A stretch of DNA of 63,854 nt, filler included, from Basidiobolus meristosporus CBS 931.73 (lineage: Eukaryota > Fungi > Basidiobolomycota), in assembly GCA_002104905.1 (NCBI GenBank). It is 3 parts of 3 records of this genome, joined end to end, with 100 filler letters (N's around TTAATTAATTAA, not from the genome) between each part and the next. Parts side by side here need not be neighbours in the genome. Positions count along the whole stretch, not along the records: positions 1 to 17,266 come from MCFE01001097.1; positions 17,367 to 38,127 come from MCFE01000998.1; 1 more part is not named here. One strand, written 5' to 3'. The first letter of the stretch is position 1; the number at the start of each line of letters is the position of its first letter. The notes beneath the pieces were generated by a model that was given only the letters and a program-made list of their open reading frames with translations, searched no databases and was not told the DNA's origin. Below are positions 11,343 through 18,190 of the stretch, piece by piece. The position numbers and the translations under genes are program-made.

Positions 11343-14096
11343 CTACTGTTGTAGCTTTGATACCAGAGTGTGTAGCTGAGGGGAATTTGTAGGTAAGTTA
11401 ATAAGAAGTGATGATAGTTCTTCAGTGCTCAAGACACTGTTCAGTGGGAAGGGGGGTAGCAAGAGAGGTAAGAATGACTTGTGAACAACATTAATGAGGG
11501 GAATGTGATAAGGATTGATATTCATCATAAAGGGAGTGTGCTGCTGCAGATATTGCTGCCAAAGGTCTGTCAAGTACTTCAGGTAGGCCAGCTTGGGTTT
11601 TTCTGACTGCAGAATAAATTCAGCAAACTTCTTGACTTCAGGATCTCCAAGTATAGTTCTCCAGCAGGAGCCAGGTGTTGTGTGGTGTGTTCTCTTCCAG
11701 GCCTTAATCAGTGGATTGTTGCAGTTGTGAAGTCTGAGGTATAATCTGGTTCTAAGGTAGAGAAGTCTGATCTTATAGGGCATAAACCCAAAAGCACCAA
11801 GAATAGCATGTCCGTAGGGGCATTCAGGCAAATGAGGCACCAAGGAGGTAATGCACCATACTGCAAACTTGTCAAGCTTAGTGCAGTCTCTAGAAGTAAG
11901 AGAGAGAAGTGGTAAGCCAAATTCCAGGACAGGGAAGACAAACTGCTTGAGTAGAAGGAGGCAGCTGGGAGCTGAAGTTGTAGGAGGAGTAACAGCCAGT
12001 AGCTTGTGGAGTGCCTGTCTTGCCAGGATAATTCTCTTCTTCAGGTGTGCTCCAGAGTCTAGTCCAGTAGGAAGGAAAGGAAAGCCAAGATATGTAGCAG
12101 AAACCTGAGCAAGTAGAGTGGAGTTCTCCAAGTTGATGGGAGAGCCCAAAGGTACTGTCTTTGCAATGGAAAGCTGGAGATTATTCTTCTGCAGATACTG
12201 GTGGATGGTCTGGGAGTCTTGTTGCACATTGGAGGAGGATATTCTGATGTCATCAGCAAAGAGAGTAACCAGGCAGTCAGCTGAGAGTCTTGGGAAATCA
12301 TTCAGGAAGATGGCAAACAGTATAGGACCAAGCACAGAGCCTTGAACCACTCCATTAGGAACTGAGAACACAGCTGATTGCTCACTTGGGTGCAGAATTC
12401 TTGCTTGTGGATCCAGAAACAGAGACCTGACAAGGAGGGTGAGAGAGGTACTGGAGAAGCATTGCAACTTGGACCAAAGCAGATTTCTGTCAACTGAATC
12501 AAAGGCCTTAGTAATATCAAACAGAACAGAGGGATACTTGCACTGGAGAGAGTGATCTTGGCTAAGTATGACTGCATATTCCAAGGAGAGGCCAGGAACA
12601 AAGCCAAACTGTGCAGGATGAAACTTGAGAGAGTCAGAGTAGAGCTCCTTAGCAAGCAGAAGCTCAAACACCTTTCTGCAGGTGGGCAGCAGAGATATTG
12701 GCCTGTAGGAGCTAGGATCCAGGTGCTTTCCTTTACCCTTGTACAGTGGCAGAACATTTGCAAAGGACCATTCCTCAGGAGTAGAAAGCTGGGCTGAGCA
12801 TTGCTGAAACAGTGGAAGCAGAAGTGCAGACATGGCCTTGGGACTAGTCTTCAGAAGCTCATAGGAGATTGTGTCCACACCTGGAGCAGTAGAGTTAGGA
12901 AGCCTCTTGAGCACATTATGGATTCTTCTTTGATCAAGTGCAAGTGGGATGGGCAGAGTCTTGAAGTCAGGATGAAAGCCAGGAGTTGAGTACTGCTTTG
13001 TAGAGAAGAAGATGTTAGCCAGCTGTTGTGTTGAAGGTAACTTCCTGGAAGAGGGCCTCATTGCCCTGTAGAGTCTTGATACTGTTCTTGTTATAGAGTT
13101 GGAAGATTGCAGAGGCAAGGAACTCATAATATGATCCCAGAGCTGAGTATGCAGAGTGTGGTGAATTGCCTTGGAGTGGTGTATTGCTGTCAGGAGGAGG
13201 TTCTCTGTTTTTGGGTTAGGGAAGCTCAGGTAGCTTTGTTGCAGGGCTGAAACAATGGATTCCCATTTTCTTGAGGTAACCGCAGTAGTCTTGCATGGCA
13301 GTGAGAGGGAGGCAGACACCAGAATCAGATGCTTCACAAAGAGCCAGGCAAAGTTGAGATCATCTGGCAGAGAAAGTAGCAAACTGGCAAGCTTCAAGTA
13401 GTTCCCAAAGTCTTTCTTCTGATTCTTGGTAGCTTTGTGGGTGAGCACAGTAAGTTTTGGCAGCTTCCTCTTCACAACTGGTTGCATAGAAAGGGACCAG
13501 GCTGGGTGGTCAGAGGCTCTCAAGGATCCTAGCTCAGCTCCAGAGAATTGCTTAACTTCATTCACAAAGTAGAGGGCAGCAGCAGAAGGGCAGATCCAGT
13601 CAACACATCTTTTCTCAGATTGAGCACCTAGTGCTAGCAGGTGGCTTTCTCTCAGGAAGTTCAGTAGGAATGTAGACCTTGGCTTCATTCTTGCAGTCAG
13701 AGTAGTCTTGTTCTCAGGATGGGGAATGTTGAGATCTCCAAGCAAGATAACAGGTGTTGATATAGATTGTTGGTATTGCTGAACCTTCTGGCATATAACT
13801 TGCACTTCCTGAAGGGCTAGACTTGGAGGCAGATAGCAGAGCACCAGACTGATAGTTGGCAACTGGAGAGCAGCACAGTAAGGGGAGTAAAGAGGAACAC
13901 AGAGCTGAGGAGTATTGATGGTAGAAGAGATGAAGCAGATAGAGGAGGTATTCTTTGTTCTAGGAGTAGAAAAGCAATATAGATTAGTCAAAAATATAGA
14001 GGGTAGCTGGACATCAATCAAACACAGGAGGGAAAATCTTGAAAGAAGTCTCTCTAGAGTTGGTCTTGATGGCTGTATGCTGTTGCAGTTAAGCAA
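11343..14096 (-). CDS. LINE ORF2: APE-type endonuclease plus reverse transcriptase, 917 aa
   Basis: EN motifs LNCN, CYLPP, LLGDLN, VDWI, ASDH. RT motifs APGVD, SYRPISLL, QFGF, FDITKAFDSV, GVVQGSVLGP, FADD, YLG. No RNase H seen. The ORF track starts on TTG, not ATG. Confidence 0.95.
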   Translation of the reverse strand: MLNCNSIQPSRPTLERLLSRFSLLCLIDVQLPSIFLTNLYCFSTPRTKNTSSICFISSTINTPQLCVPLYSPYCAALQLPTISLVLCYLPPSLALQEVQVICQKVQQYQQSISTPVILLGDLNIPHPENKTTLTARMKPRSTFLLNFLRESHLLALGAQSEKRCVDWICPSAAALYFVNEVKQFSGAELGSLRASDHPAWSLSMQPVVKRKLPKLTVLTHKATKNQKKDFGNYLKLASLLLSLPDDLNFAWLFVKHLILVSASLSLPCKTTAVTSRKWESIVSALQQSYLSFPNPKTENLLLTAIHHSKAIHHTLHTQLWDHIMSSLPLQSSNSITRTVSRLYRAMRPSSRKLPSTQQLANIFFSTKQYSTPGFHPDFKTLPIPLALDQRRIHNVLKRLPNSTAPGVDTISYELLKTSPKAMSALLLPLFQQCSAQLSTPEEWSFANVLPLYKGKGKHLDPSSYRPISLLPTCRKVFELLLAKELYSDSLKFHPAQFGFVPGLSLEYAVILSQDHSLQCKYPSVLFDITKAFDSVDRNLLWSKLQCFSSTSLTLLVRSLFLDPQARILHPSEQSAVFSVPNGVVQGSVLGPILFAIFLNDFPRLSADCLVTLFADDIRISSSNVQQDSQTIHQYLQKNNLQLSIAKTVPLGSPINLENSTLLAQVSATYLGFPFLPTGLDSGAHLKKRIILARQALHKLLAVTPPTTSAPSCLLLLKQFVFPVLEFGLPLLSLTSRDCTKLDKFAVWCITSLVPHLPECPYGHAILGAFGFMPYKIRLLYLRTRLYLRLHNCNNPLIKAWKRTHHTTPGSCWRTILGDPEVKKFAEFILQSEKPKLAYLKYLTDLWQQYLQQHTPFMMNINPYHIPLINVVHKSFLPLLLPPFPLNSVLSTEELSSLLINLPTNSPQLHTLVSKLQQ

Positions 14097-14111
14097 CAGA
14101 ACTTCAGGTAG

Positions 14112-14750
14112 TCAGGCAGAGGTTGTAGCTTCTTCAGAGGCAGCATTAACAATGTGACCTGCAGAGTCCCAGAGCTCTTCAAATGGTGCATCACTTAAGT
14201 CAGCAAGGAGGGAAATGGCATGGTTCTTGAGGAAGTATGCCACATCATAGGAGGGGGCTTGTCTCTTGATGGCAGCAAAGAAAGACAGAATGGCAACATG
14301 GGCTGGAGGCTTGTTGAACTGTAGAGAGTCAGAGGATTCAGATTCTTCAGGCACTATCTGGAAGTCAGTTTTCAGCCAGTTAAGGTTCTTCTCCACAAAG
14401 GCAACAAATGGGTCAGCAATGTTTTGGTCAAGAATAACCTCCAGAATCTTCCCTTTTCTCCAGGCCAGGTTGACAATTCTTGAGAGCTGAATATTGCATG
14501 CCTTGAGTGCTTTCCTGATGTTGGAAATGGGGGTCCAGGGAACTTGCTTCAAGTACACCACAGTCCAGGTAGAAGCTGGTGGTAGGTTTGCTGGGGGCTT
14601 GTAAGTCCTTCTGTGTTGCAATGGAGCTGCAGTAGTCAGATTGGAGTCCACATTCTCAGTAGAAGGTTTTCTTGATGTGTCTTGCTGAAGAGTACTGGAG
14701 CTGGATGTGCTGATAATTCTTGCCAGAACCTTGCCTGCATAAGTCTGAGG
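14112..14750 (-). CDS. LINE ORF1 (nucleic-acid-binding/gag-like), N-terminally truncated
   Basis: Called ORF 14112-14651; the frame continues open upstream (...QTYAGKVLARIISTSSSS...ENVDSN) to the junction. Homologous to the ORF at 14883-15611. Confidence 0.8.
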   Translation of the reverse strand, partial: PQTYAGKVLARIISTSSSSTLQQDTSRKPSTENVDSNLTTAAPLQHRRTYKPPANLPPASTWTVVYLKQVPWTPISNIRKALKACNIQLSRIVNLAWRKGKILEVILDQNIADPFVAFVEKNLNWLKTDFQIVPEESESSDSLQFNKPPAHVAILSFFAAIKRQAPSYDVAYFLKNHAISLLADLSDAPFEELWDSAGHIVNAASEEATTSA

Positions 14751-14882
14751 TAGGGGGGGGAGGGAAAGTCACCAAAGTAGGTGAAATCTTTATTTGATTT
14801 CAGACAAGTCTAACAACAAATAAAGAAGCCAGCTGGGAATAGAAAATTCCCAAAGTAAACACTAAGTTGAATATGAATAAAT

Positions 14883-15611
14883 CTAAGCTAAAGTTAAGGC
14901 AGTATCCCAAAGTACACTGGAGTTCAGGTTCATGGGGGAGTGAAGTAGATAAGCTTGAGATATATAATAATCTTTGAGGAAGTGGGTAACAGCAGGTGAA
15001 GGGGAGTTTTTGATAAGTGAAGTGAATCTTGAGAGCAGAGATTCCTCTAATGAGAAGGTCTTGTAAACTGGAGAATCAGGAAACTCTTGAAAGGCATGGT
15101 CAGTAGGTTCCCAGTAAAACTGGTCAGAGACATTTTGAGAGAACTCTTTAGCAATACTTTTGTCAAGTACTACCTCCAGAGTGTGATGGTTGATAAATCT
15201 CATGTTAACAATCTTGGATAAATTGTAACCTTGTTGCTTGAGATACATCCTATGCTCAGATATAGGAATAAACTCCACATTGGCAAAGTAGCAGACAGCC
15301 CAGTCAGTAGCAGGAGGTAAATCAGAAGTGGCAGGAAACTTTCTTTTAGTCTTGGGAGGAGCAGCAGGATGTCTTGAGGAAGCAGGAACAGGCTTTTTGA
15401 CAGCTTCAGAGTAGGAAGAGTGAGCAAGAGCAGATGATTCTTGGGGAGTCTTGTTGACAGGAAGAGTTGGCACAGGGACTATAGATTCTTGCAGATCAGA
15501 GAAGGCAGAAAACAGCTTTTGAACTTGTTTCTTGAGTAAAGCATTTTCAGCTTCAACAAGTGCAAGCCTTTCCTCAAGGAAGGAAATCTGAAGGGAATGG
15601 AGTGAAGGCAT
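14883..15611 (-). CDS. ORF1 paralog, 242 aa from the ATG at 15611, with N-terminal coiled coil
   Basis: MPSLHSLQISFLEERLALVEAENALLKKQVQKL (heptad-like). Core LPPATDWAVCY..V..IPISE.R..LK....LSKIVN.......LEVVLD..IA..F aligns with the LINE ORF1 at about 30/81 identities (hand count). Confidence 0.85.
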   Translation of the reverse strand: MPSLHSLQISFLEERLALVEAENALLKKQVQKLFSAFSDLQESIVPVPTLPVNKTPQESSALAHSSYSEAVKKPVPASSRHPAAPPKTKRKFPATSDLPPATDWAVCYFANVEFIPISEHRMYLKQQGYNLSKIVNMRFINHHTLEVVLDKSIAKEFSQNVSDQFYWEPTDHAFQEFPDSPVYKTFSLEESLLSRFTSLIKNSPSPAVTHFLKDYYISQAYLLHSPMNLNSSVLWDTALTLA

Positions 15612-15651
15612 AAGAAATAAGAAGAAGAGGGTAGGATGGGGTGGGTGGGTG

Positions 15652-16479
15652 GGAAAATTAGCAGGGAGAAGAGAAGGAAGGAGCAAAAATTCCAGAAGTC
15701 AGAATTTATAGATGGATGGACAAGGGTAGATGGATGGATTATTCCTGGGTTAGGAAAATTAGCAGGGAGAAGAGAAGGAAGGAGCAAAAATTCCAGAAGT
15801 CAGAATTTATAGATGGATGGACAAGGGTAGATGGATGGATTATTCCTGGGTTAGGAAAATTAGCAGGGAGAAGAGAAGGAAGGAGCAAAAATTCCAGAAG
15901 TCAGAATTTATAGATGGATGGACAAGGGTAGATGGATGGATTATTCCTGGGTTAGGAAAATTAGCAGGGAGAAGAGAAGGAAGGAGCAAAAATTCCAGAA
16001 GTCAGAATTTATAGATGGATGGACAAGGGTAGATGGATGGATTATTCCTGGGTTAGGAAAATTAGCAGGGAGAAGAGAAGGAAGGAGCAAAAATTCCAGA
16101 AGTCAGAATTTATAGATGGATGGACAAGGGTAGATGGATGGATTATTCCTGGGTTAGGAAAATTAGCAGGGAGAAGAGAAGGAAGGAGCAAAAATTCCAG
16201 AAGTCAGAATTTATAGATGGATGGACAAGGGTAGATGGATGGATTATTCCTGGGTTAGGAAAATTAGCAGGGAGAAGAGAAGGAAGGAGCAAAAATTCCA
16301 GAAGTCAGAATTTATAGATGGATGGACAAGGGTAGATGGATGGATTATTCCTGGGTTAGGAAAATTAGCAGGGAGAAGAGAAGGAAGGAGCAAAAATTCC
16401 AGAAGTCAGAATTTATAGATGGATGGACAAGGGTAGATGGATGGATTATTCCTGGGTTAGGAAAATTAGCAGGGAGAAG
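15652..16479 (+). repeat. Tandem array of 101-bp units (8 complete plus ~20 bp)
   Basis: Identical 65-aa ORFs recur at 101-bp spacing (15716, 15817 ... 16322). Unit GGAAAATTAGCAGGG...ATTCCTGGGTTA. Confidence 0.97.
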
Positions 16480-16529
16480 GGTTAGGGTTAGGGTTAGGGT
16501 TAGGGTTAGGGTTAGGGTTAGGGTTAGGG
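16480..16529 (+). repeat. Interstitial telomeric tract, GG(TTAGGG)8
   Basis: Read directly, between the ORF1-only element and the SINE. Confidence 0.97.
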
Positions 16530-17053
16530 TAGGGGGAGGAAAGTCACCAAGTGGTGAAATCTTTATTTACTTATGACAAGTATCTAAAGAAGCCATGTTA
16601 ATCTGAAGTTATTCCTAGAAAGCTAGGTCTGAGAGATATCTTCCTGGTAAGCCAGGTCTGAGGGTTGAGAAGCTGAGTGGTACTATATTTCCTAGTTAGC
16701 TAGGTCTGAGAGAGGTTTCCTGGAAAGCCAGGCCTGAGAAGTGAGAATCTGAATATATCTGAGCTAAGTTATACTGGTTTGCGGTAGCTGGATTGTGGCC
16801 GGAATGGCCAGTAGACTGGGGGAACTGAGATGAATTTCTGGGCGATCACTGGCCAAATTTACTAGGCAAATCTGGCCAATTAGCATTTCAAGGATTTCAG
16901 CCAATCAGAGCCTTTACTTTGCCCGATGGTTGATCAAGCCATCTCCCAATGAGCACACATCAATTTATTAATCAAATTTTGCTGGATCCAGGATTTGAAC
17001 CCACAACCATGGGTATGGAAGGGTTAGGGATAACCACAAGGCTAAGTGTTCTT
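16530..17053 (-). mobile_element. tRNA-headed SINE-like element sharing the LINE 3' end
   Basis: Minus-strand A-box-like TAGCCTTGTGG (17044-17034) and perfect B-box GGTTCAAATCC (17001-16991), 32 nt apart. No TTTT seen on the transcribed strand. 3' module at 16530-16600. Confidence 0.8.
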
Positions 17054-17266
17054 GGTTAGGGTTAGGGTTAGGGTTAGGGTTAGGGTTAGGGTTAGGGTTA
17101 GGGTTAGGGTTAGGGTTAGGGTTAGGGTTAGGGTTAGGGTTAGGGTTAGGGTTAGGGTTAGGGTTAGGGTTAGGGTTAGGGTTAGGGTTAGGGTTAGGGT
17201 TAGGGTTAGGGTTAGGGTTAGGGTTAGGGTTAGGGTTAGGGTTAGGGTTAGGGTTAGGGTTAGGGT
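17054..17266 (+). repeat. Terminal telomere, (TTAGGG)35
   Basis: 35 perfect units from 17056 to the contig end; G-rich strand runs 5'->3' toward the end. Confidence 0.99.
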
Positions 17267-17366
17267 NNNNNNNNNNNNNNNNNNNNNNNNNNNNNNNNNN
17301 NNNNNNNNNNTTAATTAATTAANNNNNNNNNNNNNNNNNNNNNNNNNNNNNNNNNNNNNNNNNNNN
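17267..17366. other. Artificial contig linker (N44-TTAATTAATTAA-N44)
   Basis: 100-nt spacer with stops in all six frames. Confidence 0.97.
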
Positions 17367-17368
17367 TG

Positions 17369-17984
17369 GTCAGCACCCGCCAACAAACCACCCCCTCGGA
17401 CGAGCGTGGCTCCCTGTGGCAAACCTGGTGGGATATCGTTGAGGAGGAGGGATGGACCGGGCTTTGGAAGGGTCTCAAACCATCCCTGGTGTTGGTGGTC
17501 AACCCGGCCATCACCTACGGGGCCTTCGAGAAGATCAAGAAGTGGTTCCTGGCGAGATCCGGGGGCAAGTCATTGTCCGCGCTGGAGGTCTTCCTGGTAG
17601 GCGCCTTGGCCAAAACCGCGGCCACCCTGATCACCTACCCCTACATCATGGCCAAGGTGAGACTGCAATGGAAGCCACCCAAGAACGCCGAAGGAGCCAA
17701 ACAGTACGAGCGGTACACCGGCGCGGTGGACGTGCTGAAGAAGGTTTGGAAGAAGGACGGCCTCAAGGGGCTTTACAATGTAAGTGAATCCACCACCACC
17801 ACCACCACCACCACTCTTCGGTCCATCGGCCCGTCCAGCTAACCTGGCTCTTGTTTAGGGAATGGACGCTCAGATCTACAAGGCGGTTCTCTCCCAGGCG
17901 TTGCTTCTCATGCTCAAGGAGAAGCTCACTGTGTACACCCTGATCCTGTTCGCATTCTTCAACCAGCGTAAACTTCGCACCTAG
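17369..17984 (+). CDS. ANT1: Peroxisomal adenine nucleotide carrier (SLC25/ANT1-PMP47-like), 3' part; exons <17369-17779 and 17859-17984
   Basis: VSTRQQT...EEEGWTGLWKGLKPSLVLVVNPAITYGAFE and TYPYIMAKVRLQ carrier motifs. Phase-0 intron GTAAGT...GCTAAC...TTTAG; exon 2 GMDAQIYKAVLSQALLLMLKEK...RT*. 5' end lies in the gap. Confidence 0.85.
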
Positions 17985-18094
17985 ATTCCTCCGTGTCTCG
18001 TGACCCACCATCCCATAGTAGCTATACCACCCGGACCTTGGTGTCCTTGATCGATGGATTTCTGGTTGTCTAGTAGTCGGAGTGTAATACCCCC

Positions 18095-18190
18095 TCACCT
18101 TCACCTTCACCTTCACCTTCACCCACACCTTTTCCTTCCCCTTCCCCTTCCCGTTCCCCCTCACTCCCACCTTCACCTACACCCCTTCCG
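18095..18190 (+). repeat. (CACCTT)n / CCTTC low-complexity repeat
   Basis: Read directly downstream of the carrier gene. Confidence 0.8.

Larger units (their letters stand above)
11279..14750 (-). mobile_element. Telomeric non-LTR retrotransposon copy B (ORF1 5'-truncated, ORF2 intact)
   Basis: 3' terminal module at 11279-11340, ~60-nt 3'UTR, ORF2 and ORF1. The ORF1 frame stays open to ~14750, where the next element's TAGGGGGGGG begins. Confidence 0.93.
14751..16479 (-). mobile_element. Non-autonomous ORF1-only telomeric retroelement
   Basis: Same 3' module at 14751-14830; single ORF; no RT; 5' tandem 101-bp monomers ending in telomere repeats. Confidence 0.85.

Noticed and set aside
15652-16479. 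Possible CRISPR-like array
   Set aside because: Units are identical with no unique spacers; eukaryotic context and no cas genes.
16980-17051. Functional tRNA gene
   Set aside because: Acceptor, D and anticodon stems do not pair; only promoter boxes survive, so it is treated as a SINE head.
15716-17318. Repeated 65-aa plus-strand ORFs and poly-(RV) ORFs
   Set aside because: Translation by-products of the 101-bp array and of TTAGGG repeats.
17267-17366. TTAATTAATTAA palindrome in N-runs (also 38128-38227), and apparent adjacency of the telomere to the ANT1-like gene
   Set aside because: Artificial six-frame-stop contig linker; no biological adjacency can be inferred.
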